Position numbers and translations under genes: made by a program
The notes under the pieces: generated by a model
The model's input: the letters and a program-made list of their open reading frames with translations, nothing else
Database searches by the model: none
What the model was told of the DNA's origin: nothing
Origin: a virus
Lineage: Duplodnaviria; Heunggongvirae; Uroviricota; Caudoviricetes
DNA length: 20,090 nt
Virus record (IMG/VR): IMGVR_UViG_3300010998_001290
Strand: one strand, 5' to 3'
Shown here: positions 1 through 7,979 of the stretch, piece by piece
How positions within the stretch are numbered: position 1 is the stretch's first letter
Layout: each line of letters starts with the position of its first letter

Positions 1-717
1 ATGAGGATAGAACACGGAGTTGTTACAGAAATAACAAAGTCGGATGTACACGATAATCAGCTTATTTTTCCCGAAGAAGCATCTTCGATAGCTGCCGATA
101 TATCTGATTTGTTGAACAGCAGAGCGTCAGAGAAGATCAAGCACGTTGATTTCCGTAATGTTCAAACGCTGGAAAGCATAAGACTTAACAATCCCGGATT
201 ATGGGAGCCGGTAACACTATATAAAATAGCACCTCACGCAATAACGGTAAGAATGCCTGAAATAAACAATATAGCACAAAAATTTGCATTAGCAATGAAA
301 AACCTTGAAGAGGTATATGCGCCTTGTTTGACGTCTGTACCGATAATGGCTTTTTCAAATTGTCCAAAGCTAAGGTTGTTTTCATCTTCTCACTTTTTGC
401 GCGAAATAAAAAGTAGCTCCTTTTTTAAGAGCTATAGCTTAAGTAAGTTTATTGGGCTTAATCTAAACAATGTCAATATGGAACCTGTTTGGATAAGCGT
501 GGGCGTAACCTACAGTGTTGAGTGCGGCACGAATATCAGGAATTTTATATGCGTGCGAGATAACAATCGGAAAGATATATATTCGGATCATTCTGCTGAA
601 TATGTACAGATAATTGAGCCGGAACCTCCGAAATCCAAAATCTATGTATTAAAGGACGGAGGGTATTCATCGTATGCCGGTCTGTATTTCCAGACGGCAG
701 CCGATATTTTCAAGTAA
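1..717 (+). CDS. BspA/LRR_5-type leucine-rich repeat protein, paralog 1 (short, 238 aa)
   Basis: N-cap MRIEHGVVTEITKSDVHDNQLIFPEEASSI, VDFRNV motif, LRR-like AFSNCPKLR, C-terminal EYVQII...IYVLKDGGY shared with the other paralogs. RBS lies outside the window. Confidence 0.8.
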   Translation: MRIEHGVVTEITKSDVHDNQLIFPEEASSIAADISDLLNSRASEKIKHVDFRNVQTLESIRLNNPGLWEPVTLYKIAPHAITVRMPEINNIAQKFALAMKNLEEVYAPCLTSVPIMAFSNCPKLRLFSSSHFLREIKSSSFFKSYSLSKFIGLNLNNVNMEPVWISVGVTYSVECGTNIRNFICVRDNNRKDIYSDHSAEYVQIIEPEPPKSKIYVLKDGGYSSYAGLYFQTAADIFK

Positions 718-736
718 TTAAAAAGGAGAAGATGAA

Positions 737-1180
737 ATGTATAATACGAAAAATGAGTTAGCGCAGGAGCTTTTAAGAACATTAGAGTTTAGTCCCATAC
801 TTAAGGAAATCAAAGGTGTGGGCGACTCTGTGTACGGGAAACTTGGCTCAGGCGTTTTAGTCAAGATCAAGATGATAGATCCGAGAACAACCGGATGCTA
901 TTCTGCTGTTGAAATCAAGATGCTGAACCCGATGGAAGGTGAGATTGATAAGGCGAGAATAGACTTTTATTCTGTATGGGGTGAAAAAAGTCGAGCAGGT
1001 ACTCCGCAGATGCGCATAGAGAATTTCCAGAAGAAGTGGAATTTTCCGCTCACCGGAAAGGATTATGCGGTTTTATGCGAGGCTATTGACACTTATCTGA
1101 AGTTTTTTTTGATGAAAGGAAATGAATATGAAAATAGAAGATGGATTGGTGATAGATGCATCACCGGAAGATATTGTTGA
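737..1180 (+). CDS. Hypothetical protein
   Basis: 147-aa ORF with AAGGAG RBS; no recognised motif. The 3' end overlaps the next ORF (53 nt from its likely 1128 start). Confidence 0.7.
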   Translation: MYNTKNELAQELLRTLEFSPILKEIKGVGDSVYGKLGSGVLVKIKMIDPRTTGCYSAVEIKMLNPMEGEIDKARIDFYSVWGEKSRAGTPQMRIENFQKKWNFPLTGKDYAVLCEAIDTYLKFFLMKGNEYENRRWIGDRCITGRYC

Positions 1181-2069
1181 TGGCGTCTTAAGGTTTCCCG
1201 ATGAAGCCAAAAGGATTCAACCTGAATTCTTTAAGGGAATCAACAGTATTACGATAGCAGGAAAAGGAAGAGAAGTTAAAACGGTTGATTTTAACAATGT
1301 TGAGTATCTTTCAAAGGCATACGTGGCATGGGGCATTGGAATTTTTAGTCATATTTTTCCAAACGCCTGCGTGGTTATCGCGCCAAAGCTAAAGATTGTC
1401 CCTTGTGCCTTTTTTGAAGGTTTTTTAGGGGCAGATGCAGAAAATAAGCTGACAAAAGTCGTGCTTTCGGAAGCAGAAACCGTAGGCGAAAAGGCTTTTT
1501 ATTGTGCAAGAGCGCTAAATTCAGTTTACCTTCCGAAAGTAAAATCTATAGGTCTTGAGGCATTTAGATATTGTTATAATCTTAAAACACTGGATGTGTG
1601 CTCATCTATCACAATAGAAGCGATGGCATTTGCCAACTCAGGGGTTGAATGGATCGACTGCGGCACGGCTACAGTTGACAGGAATGTTTTTGGTTCTGGG
1701 CTGAAGACACTTAGGATAAATAACATATCCCAGCTGCACAAGCTTTCAGTCTATGATTGCAATTCGTTAGAAGCTATCATACTTAAAGAAGCGGTTAACG
1801 GCAAGAGAAAGAAGTTCCCTTATACATTTAGCGGTAAAACATACCGTATAGTTTTAGGGTACGAACAATTTGAATGCTATTCAAATCATTCCGAAGATGC
1901 TTGTGCTTATAAGGTTTCTCAGTCCTTTGAGATAGGAGATAAGAAATTCGCTCAAGTCTATTGCTTAGATACAGGCGGCTATTTTGCCAAAACAGACACA
2001 GCGTTAAGTCACAAGCTTCTCACAGAAGAAGAGATGTTTAAATGGCTGAAGTCGCAGGGCGTGATATAA
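1128..2069 (+). CDS. BspA/LRR_5-type LRR protein, paralog 2
   Basis: Repeats such as VGEKAFYCARALNSVYLPKVKSIGLEAFRYCYNLKTL. Start moved from 1122 to ATG 1128 (AAAGGA 7 nt upstream; matches the family N-cap MKIEDG). Confidence 0.9.
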   Translation: MKIEDGLVIDASPEDIVDGVLRFPDEAKRIQPEFFKGINSITIAGKGREVKTVDFNNVEYLSKAYVAWGIGIFSHIFPNACVVIAPKLKIVPCAFFEGFLGADAENKLTKVVLSEAETVGEKAFYCARALNSVYLPKVKSIGLEAFRYCYNLKTLDVCSSITIEAMAFANSGVEWIDCGTATVDRNVFGSGLKTLRINNISQLHKLSVYDCNSLEAIILKEAVNGKRKKFPYTFSGKTYRIVLGYEQFECYSNHSEDACAYKVSQSFEIGDKKFAQVYCLDTGGYFAKTDTALSHKLLTEEEMFKWLKSQGVI

Positions 2070-2105
2070 CAATGATTGATGAGAACAATCAAGAAAGGAG
2101 AATTA

Positions 2106-3059
2106 ATGGTAATTGATGAATATGGCGAAGTTATACGGCTGGAATCTTCCGACCTGAAGGGAAATATACTGACTTTTCCTGATGAAGCGAAGAAAATCAG
2201 CTTTTTAGTTTGGAATTACAATATGGACGAATATAATGCTTCGGGAATACATACAATCAACTTCAATAATATAGAGACAATAGTGAATGAGTGCGGAAGT
2301 TACTTTGCAGAACATTTTCCAAATGTAACTAAGGTCATTGCACCGAAATTACAGTTAGTTCCCAGATATATGTTTAGTAATAATGTAATGATATTTAGTA
2401 ATAATGTAATGATACATAGCAAACTGAAAGAAGTGTATCTAATGGAAGCTAAGGTAATAGGACAGGCAGCGTTTGCAGATACGGCAGCGCTTGAGTATGT
2501 TTATGCTCCTAAAGCTGAAACAATATGCAATTATGCTTTCGGACAAAGCTATGTACAGAAAATAGAGTTAGGTGCAATAAAAAATATACATAACGAAGCG
2601 TTCTATCAGTCTGACATAGAAGAGATTGATTGCAATTATGCAAACGTAGGAGCTAAGGCATTTATGTACAGTCATTTGAAAACAATCAAACTTAACTCTA
2701 TATCACAATTGAACCCGACAGCTTTAAACGATTGTAAAGAGTTTTCTCGGATAGAAGTTCAGAAGCCGGTTTCAAAAGCAAAATCAAAGTTTCCGTATGT
2801 ATGCGAGGGTCAACCCTACACCATAGTTGCTCCGGATCGGACATTTGAGTGCATATCGTCTTTCTCGGAAGATCATTGCGCTCATGAGCTGATACAGAAG
2901 ATATACAGGGCGAATGAAGAGTATTCTGCATATATATACTGTCTTAAGGACGGAAGATATTGTGCGACCTCCTTTATTGGCAATATGATGTCAATAAGCC
3001 CGATATTCGAGACCATTGATAAGGTTATAGGATGGCTTGAAAAAGGGAGAAAAATATAA
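2106..3059 (+). CDS. BspA/LRR_5-type LRR protein, paralog 3
   Basis: IGQAAFADTAALEYVYAPKAETICNYAF repeats; C-terminal IYCLKDGRY. Start moved from 2076 to ATG 2106 behind AAAGGAG. Confidence 0.9.
   Translation: MVIDEYGEVIRLESSDLKGNILTFPDEAKKISFLVWNYNMDEYNASGIHTINFNNIETIVNECGSYFAEHFPNVTKVIAPKLQLVPRYMFSNNVMIFSNNVMIHSKLKEVYLMEAKVIGQAAFADTAALEYVYAPKAETICNYAFGQSYVQKIELGAIKNIHNEAFYQSDIEEIDCNYANVGAKAFMYSHLKTIKLNSISQLNPTALNDCKEFSRIEVQKPVSKAKSKFPYVCEGQPYTIVAPDRTFECISSFSEDHCAHELIQKIYRANEEYSAYIYCLKDGRYCATSFIGNMMSISPIFETIDKVIGWLEKGRKI
2373..2414 (+). repeat. Exact 21-bp tandem duplication, in frame (FSNNVMI x2)
   Basis: TTTAGTAATAATGTAATGATA at 2373-2393 and 2394-2414. Confidence 0.95.
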
Positions 3060-3080
3060 AGAACAACACCACAAATACAG

Positions 3081-3109
3081 AAAAGGGGCTTCGGCTCCTT
3101 TTTTGTTTT
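3081..3109 (+). terminator. Intrinsic terminator (element copy A)
   Basis: AAAAGGGGC-TTCG-GCTCCTTTT stem with C(UUCG)G loop followed by TTGTTTT. Confidence 0.9.
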
Positions 3110-3159
3110 GTCTTACGGTATTTCATACTAATATCAGCAATACTTTCTGATGAATGGAG
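3103..3159 (+). promoter_or_regulatory. Repeated promoter/operator/leader element, copy A
   Basis: TTGTTT 3103-3108, 17 nt, TACTAA 3126-3131, GATGAATGGAG 3149-3159. Confidence 0.65.
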
Positions 3160-3173
3160 AAAGAGGTGAATTT

Positions 3174-3614
3174 ATGAACATTGAAGAAATTATTGTAATG
3201 AACAGGAATGAAGCGGTAAAGTACGCTCATACACAGCATTCCGAGAAAGCGATGATGATATCCATAAACGACATCGGCTCTGGCACGAAAGTGATGAAAA
3301 CGACTGCAAATGGTATATTCGCATTGCTTAAGCTCCAGTTTGACGACGTTGAGGATCCCGATATCAATGCTATTACTGAAAAAGACGCTGACCTTATTGC
3401 AAAGTTCGTTAAGAACAATGTTGATAATGCGGACAGGATAATAGTACATTGCAGTGCTGGAATCTCAAGATCAGCAGGCTGCGCGGCGGCTATTATGAAG
3501 TATCTTTACGGTGATGACAGTAAGATTTATGACTGTGCAAAGTATAGACCTAACAGTACTGTGTACAGGAGAGTTTTAAACGCTATGGTCGGAAAGGATT
3601 TCCCTCAAAATTAA
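3174..3614 (+). CDS. Cys-dependent (PTP/dual-specificity-type) phosphatase
   Basis: Catalytic P-loop IVHCSAGISRS (HCX5R) with an upstream FDD acid loop. Start likely ATG 3174 behind GAGGTG (ORF track start 3150). Confidence 0.85.
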   Translation: MNIEEIIVMNRNEAVKYAHTQHSEKAMMISINDIGSGTKVMKTTANGIFALLKLQFDDVEDPDINAITEKDADLIAKFVKNNVDNADRIIVHCSAGISRSAGCAAAIMKYLYGDDSKIYDCAKYRPNSTVYRRVLNAMVGKDFPQN

Positions 3615-3705
3615 AACAAATCTGCGAAAGACTAAGAGTTTACTTAGGACGACTTCCCGATGTTTGGGAATTTGAAGCAAGAAGGTTATAAGGAGAAATT
3701 ATTAT

Positions 3706-4407
3706 ATGAAAAATGTCAATTTTCCCTATAATATGATTGAAGAAATACAGCATGGCTGGAAAGGTGTAAAATACTGGAGACATATACAGGATGCGTATGG
3801 CGAAACTCCGTTGACAGACGATTTGGGAGGCACACTGTTGTACTTTATTTACGAAGAGTTACCTAAAGACCTAAGCAAGCTCTTTATCCAGAAGTACGTA
3901 ATGGGAAAATCATATAATGAAATTCAAGAGGAATTAGGAATTTGTGATGTAAAAAAGGAACTTGCAAAGGGATACGAGATTCTACTTCCCAAAATTGTCG
4001 CATGCTCTGAAGTTCTTTATTTAGGTCTAAAGAAGAATAAGCGCAGCTTATGGGATTACCGAACAGGTTATTATGCTGCACTCGACGATCTACGAAAGGT
4101 TGTGACACAAAAAAATCTGAGCATTGATGCAATAAAAAAGGCGGCAGGGATAGAGGATAATTCGGAGAAAAAAGTTAAAGTGTTTGGGAATGCTAAGTTA
4201 AACTCGGACATAAATGTACTCGGTTTACCAAATGTAATCCATAACGCTTTACGCCGGAATGGAATAAATACTGTTTCGGAGTTAGTTTCACTGAGTCGTC
4301 AAGATATAAACAACATAAACGGAATCGGCTGTTACTATACCGTGAAAATAATTAAAAGCATTGATGAATATTTAGGATGCACCCCAAAAGGGTGGGAAAA
4401 GCCATAA
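3706..4407 (+). CDS. Protein with sigma70 region-4-like HTH and C-terminal RNA polymerase alpha-CTD-like domain
   Basis: C-terminus INVLGLPNVIHNALRRNGINTVSELVSLSRQDINNINGIG follows the alpha-CTD HhH pattern. The middle segment LPKDLSKLFIQKYVMGKSYNEIQEELG resembles sigma region 4. AAGGAG RBS. Confidence 0.7.
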   Translation: MKNVNFPYNMIEEIQHGWKGVKYWRHIQDAYGETPLTDDLGGTLLYFIYEELPKDLSKLFIQKYVMGKSYNEIQEELGICDVKKELAKGYEILLPKIVACSEVLYLGLKKNKRSLWDYRTGYYAALDDLRKVVTQKNLSIDAIKKAAGIEDNSEKKVKVFGNAKLNSDINVLGLPNVIHNALRRNGINTVSELVSLSRQDINNINGIGCYYTVKIIKSIDEYLGCTPKGWEKP

Positions 4408-4424
4408 ATAAAAGGAGAAAAACT

Positions 4425-5021
4425 ATGGGGCACGCTTGTGGAATACTTACTTTCGACACACAGGACAGAAATATGATAAGGACGGAATGCGACCGCTGGG
4501 CTGCGTCCAATGCTGATTACGAGGAAACTCGCGGCATGGGCACTCTTCCCGGACCTATCAAGTTTACGAGCTTGATATTTGACACATACAGAGAGGCTGA
4601 AGAGTACCTTGATGGAACATTCGGGGACTATCGACAGACCGCTGTACAGTATAGGTCTTATCCTGAAGCTCCTGCTGAAACTAAGGCTATACAGGACTTG
4701 ACTCGCCGCTGTAATGAATACAGAGAGCGGATAAGGGAGCTTGAAAAGCCACACTATGCAGGGGTGTCTTCAAAGACTGTGAAGTGTAAGAAATGCGGTT
4801 CTTCTTTGTCTACCGAATACTGCGGTAAAACGTGGTACAACAATTGTCCGGTTTGTAGAACGGAGTTGAGACCTCGGACAACCATTGACAAGATAGTCAA
4901 ATATAAGACTGCCATCAATGAGCTTGAGAAAAAGAGGCAGGAAGAAGAGAAGAAACAGCTGCTTAAGCAGAAGGCAAAGTCCAAGCTCAAATGGGCTGTT
5001 GCCTGCGAAGTACATTGCTGA
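4425..5021 (+). CDS. Zinc-ribbon and coiled-coil hypothetical protein
   Basis: CKKC...CPVC pair flanked by charged helical segments. Start ATG 4425 behind AAAGGAG (ORF track start 4377). Confidence 0.7.
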   Translation: MGHACGILTFDTQDRNMIRTECDRWAASNADYEETRGMGTLPGPIKFTSLIFDTYREAEEYLDGTFGDYRQTAVQYRSYPEAPAETKAIQDLTRRCNEYRERIRELEKPHYAGVSSKTVKCKKCGSSLSTEYCGKTWYNNCPVCRTELRPRTTIDKIVKYKTAINELEKKRQEEEKKQLLKQKAKSKLKWAVACEVHC

Positions 5022-5042
5022 AAGGTAAGAAAGGAAGCTAAA

Positions 5043-5465
5043 ATGAAGAAGCTCTTCAATACAACGCAGAGCGATTTGCGTAAGTATAATGGAGAAATCG
5101 TTGAAGTAGGCGATGAGCTTACTGACGAAGAAAGAGATCCTGAAGTCGGAAGAATGTGGCGTATAACCTTTTCTGACGGCGGCTGGACAGATGCATTCGA
5201 AGATGAACTGAACGATTTACCGGAAGGAGAAAATGACATGAATAAGAAGTATTACTATGATTTCGGCTATTTTTTCAGCAGAAAGGAAAGCGGCAGCTGC
5301 CGTGTAACCCTTGACACCGACCTTGGTGACAGTGACATCGATGTCGATGAGGCTATATCTGTGGCACTTAAGGCGGGCGAACTCGATGAAGAGTACGCAG
5401 ATAACATCGTGTATGTAGAGAAGCTTACTGAAGAGGAAGCTAAGGAAATGGGGTTTGAGATATGA
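5043..5465 (+). CDS. Acidic hypothetical protein, possibly two fused small genes
   Basis: 140-aa ORF with AAAGGA RBS; internal GAAGGAG plus in-frame ATG at 5238. Confidence 0.7.
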   Translation: MKKLFNTTQSDLRKYNGEIVEVGDELTDEERDPEVGRMWRITFSDGGWTDAFEDELNDLPEGENDMNKKYYYDFGYFFSRKESGSCRVTLDTDLGDSDIDVDEAISVALKAGELDEEYADNIVYVEKLTEEEAKEMGFEI

Positions 5466-6025
5466 TCCTGTATCACGGCACAGATTACGAGTCGGCTCTG
5501 AGTATAATGGACAACGGATTTAACAATCCGAACACTGTATGGTTGTGCTCTGAAGCTGATAAGACTTATCTGGTTGAAGAAAAAGGCAATGACGGCGAGG
5601 CATTACGCTTCGCCTTCGAAGCCGGACAGATAGCTGCGGCGAATAAGGGTTCAACTAATTCTTCTGTAGGAATCATCAGAATAGAAATGTCTGATAAGAC
5701 CGCAGACGAAGAGCTTTACCCTGACAATTCGTGTGAGAATATGACGGATTGCTGGCAGATAGACTCTGACAGGCTCAATCAGCTTGCAGACGAGGGCAAA
5801 GTGATAATATCACTTGGAATATGCGAAAACGCTTATAATCCGAACCTTAGACCGTTCTATCTTGCAACGCTTTCAAGTGAACACTACAAGGCTGTTGATG
5901 ACCCGCAGCTTGAAGAAGCGATAGAAATCGTTTCACGGTGCGGGGATTTTCCTCTGGAAGACGTTATCGGATACCTTGAAGTAGACAGCTTTGACGAAAT
6001 CTTTAAGTATAAGATCACTGCTTAA
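5462..6025 (+). CDS. Putative ADP-ribosyltransferase-fold protein
   Basis: N-terminal LYHGT...SIMDNGF resembles the first catalytic strand of PARP/ART-like domains; ATGA overlap with the upstream gene. Downstream catalytic residues were not confidently located. Confidence 0.45.
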   Translation: MILYHGTDYESALSIMDNGFNNPNTVWLCSEADKTYLVEEKGNDGEALRFAFEAGQIAAANKGSTNSSVGIIRIEMSDKTADEELYPDNSCENMTDCWQIDSDRLNQLADEGKVIISLGICENAYNPNLRPFYLATLSSEHYKAVDDPQLEEAIEIVSRCGDFPLEDVIGYLEVDSFDEIFKYKITA

Positions 6026-6044
6026 GAAATAGGAGGATTTTATT

Positions 6045-6587
6045 ATGCAGCACATTATAGGAATTACAATCGACGGGATCAACTACAGCGCGATGGTGTC
6101 TAAGAACGATGAGTTCTATTTAGCAGGAGGCAGCCTTTACGCTACTGTCGGCATCTGGAGCGATACAGAAGACGGTGAGCCTAAGGGAGCTTCGCTCATC
6201 ATATTCGATATGGATACGATGGACGCTGTTTACGGCGAAAAGCTCGATGACTATGTCACCGGCGATGTTGATCCGAAGATGGAGAGACTGAACGATATAC
6301 TTGTTCAGGAAAGGATATTAAGATATGTCGCATCTCGTAATGCCGACAATAAGAACGGCGGTAACGCGAATGCGGACGATGACGACAGCGGCGAAGATAA
6401 AGATTACTACGTTACTTTCGCGGCAAACGTGAGATATGTGGCGGCTGTAAGAGCCTCCTCTCTTGAGGAAGCGAAGAAGTTCGCTCAGAACGACTTTGAG
6501 GCTGCCTGCTTCGGCAAGCTGGAGTTCGTTGACAGTGACCTTATAATGGTCGAAGACGAAGACGGCAACTATCTCTACGAAAAGTAA
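6045..6587 (+). CDS. Acidic hypothetical protein
   Basis: AGGAGG RBS. The C-terminal YYVTF...VRASSLEEAKKFA is weakly reminiscent of DpnD/PcfM-like small domains. Confidence 0.7.
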   Translation: MQHIIGITIDGINYSAMVSKNDEFYLAGGSLYATVGIWSDTEDGEPKGASLIIFDMDTMDAVYGEKLDDYVTGDVDPKMERLNDILVQERILRYVASRNADNKNGGNANADDDDSGEDKDYYVTFAANVRYVAAVRASSLEEAKKFAQNDFEAACFGKLEFVDSDLIMVEDEDGNYLYEK

Positions 6588-6602
6588 TCGGAAGGAGTAC
6601 AT

Positions 6603-7007
6603 ATGATACAGACATTATCAATACCACAGTGCAATCCGGCAGAATTCGATAAGGTGTTCCTTGTCGTGAGGAGCATATCTATTCTTGAAAAGAGAAAGGA
6701 TAAAATCCTTGACTCTGCGGAGCAGCTCGCTTGCCTTAGCCCCTCTAAGAAGTTGTTCTTCCAGTACCGCGATTGGGTCAAAGAAGGCAACTGGAACCTT
6801 AATACATTCAATGATAAGTATGTTCCTTGGTTCCTCCGCGATATATCTGCGGACAAAGAGGCACAGGAATGGCTTGACAGACTTGCTGCCGAGGAAAAGG
6901 ACAATAAAATAGCCCTCCTCTGCTTCTGCAAGGATAAGGCGCTGTGTCACAGGACAATTATCGGCAAGATGCTTGTTGATAGAGGCTGTAATGTCATAAT
7001 CGACTAA
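6603..7007 (+). CDS. DUF488-family protein
   Basis: LSPS..L, then F...Y, then IALLCFCKDKALCHRTII (the LLC...CHR signature). AAGGAG RBS. Confidence 0.7.
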   Translation: MIQTLSIPQCNPAEFDKVFLVVRSISILEKRKDKILDSAEQLACLSPSKKLFFQYRDWVKEGNWNLNTFNDKYVPWFLRDISADKEAQEWLDRLAAEEKDNKIALLCFCKDKALCHRTIIGKMLVDRGCNVIID

Positions 7008-7018
7008 AAACAAAGCAG

Positions 7019-7054
7019 TTTGTACACACCTGTCTTGTGACGGGTGTGTACAAA
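7019..7054. repeat. 16-bp-stem inverted repeat (hairpin or bidirectional terminator)
   Basis: TTTGTACACACCTGTC-TTGT-GACGGGTGTGTACAAA, with one G:T pair. Confidence 0.85.
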
Positions 7055-7072
7055 ATAATGAGAAAAAAGAAA

Positions 7073-7119
7073 CAACTACCCACCACTGAAGTAGTGGGAT
7101 TGCGAAACAATCGGGTTGA
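7073..7119 (+). mobile_element. Truncated IS200/IS605-type end (IscB omega-RNA/HEARO-like 5' segment)
   Basis: CAACTACCCACCAC-TGAA-GTAGTGGGATTG-CGAAA-CAATC-GGGTTGA resembles, from memory of the family, the (GT)CAACTACCC...hairpin...GGG(C)TTG...CAA(G)C...GGTTGA layout. No tnpA, tnpB or iscB is adjacent. Confidence 0.5.
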
Positions 7120-7140
7120 ATTGACAAGAAAGGACACGAA

Positions 7141-7932
7141 ATGAAAATACTTTATATTCAGAAATGGAACAAGAAAACCGGGTATCACGATGTAGGATAC
7201 GCTATATCTGATGAAGGCGAGAAGAGCTACGGTGACTATACAGGACGCTTTATCTCCTACATAGACGACGGTAATGTAGTCTCTATCAACGCGGATTGCC
7301 TTGACAAGACAGTCGTTAATATCGAGGATGAGATCATAACCGTTAAGATGCACTCCAGAAAGTGCGATAAATCGACGTTTATGAGGAAGGTCGCTGCTGT
7401 TATCGCCGAATATCAGGAAGATTATCTGAAGTCTGACTTTGGATTATTCATCAGTAGAGCGACAGAAGCTAATAGGCGTAAAACGGATAAGGATATCAGA
7501 GAGGCATATGAAGACCTCAGGGTAAACACTCCGTTTAAGCCCTACAAGATAGAGACGATAAAGCGCACCTACGGCAAAGGCAGTTATATGTATCGCTTCG
7601 CTTGGAATGCTATTGACATGAGCTTTGCGGTAGATAAGATGGCAATCCTTGACGGCTGGAATGGCGTGTTTACCATACAGGATGGCAGCTCAAAGAGGTC
7701 TACCCGCGAGGTAAGGGAAGACACAATCGGTCGTATTTTCGAGGGAACCGGCTTCGATACCTACTGGATGTACAGCATATCGGATGATATAACGTCGTTC
7801 AAGGAAGCTGTATTTGAAAAACTGAAGCTCAACGCAAAGCTTATCGAAGATACTAAGAACAAGCTTGACTACTATCTTAAGTGTAATGAAGCGCTTCTCA
7901 AAGGGGTGGAGAGTTCAATCAATAACTCTTGA
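7141..7932 (+). CDS. Hypothetical protein
   Basis: 263-aa ORF with AAAGGA RBS; no recognised motif and no IscB PLMP/HNH/RuvC motifs. Confidence 0.75.
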   Translation: MKILYIQKWNKKTGYHDVGYAISDEGEKSYGDYTGRFISYIDDGNVVSINADCLDKTVVNIEDEIITVKMHSRKCDKSTFMRKVAAVIAEYQEDYLKSDFGLFISRATEANRRKTDKDIREAYEDLRVNTPFKPYKIETIKRTYGKGSYMYRFAWNAIDMSFAVDKMAILDGWNGVFTIQDGSSKRSTREVREDTIGRIFEGTGFDTYWMYSISDDITSFKEAVFEKLKLNAKLIEDTKNKLDYYLKCNEALLKGVESSINNS

Positions 7933-7957
7933 CCTCTATCAGAGTTCATGGTATAAT
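7929..7957 (+). promoter_or_regulatory. Near-consensus sigma70/sigmaA promoter with extended -10
   Basis: TTGACC (7929-7934), 17 nt, TG-n-TATAAT (7952-7957), upstream of the macrodomain gene. Confidence 0.8.
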
Positions 7958-7979
7958 GCTTAAGAAAGGGTGAGATAGT

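Noticed and set aside
3706-4407. Annotation as rpoA
   Set aside because: Only a CTD-like segment matches; there is no alpha N-terminal assembly domain and no ribosomal-protein operon context.
7141-7932. IscB/TnpB nuclease next to the IS-like hairpin
   Set aside because: No PLMP start, RuvC, HNH or zinc-finger motifs, and it is shorter than typical members.
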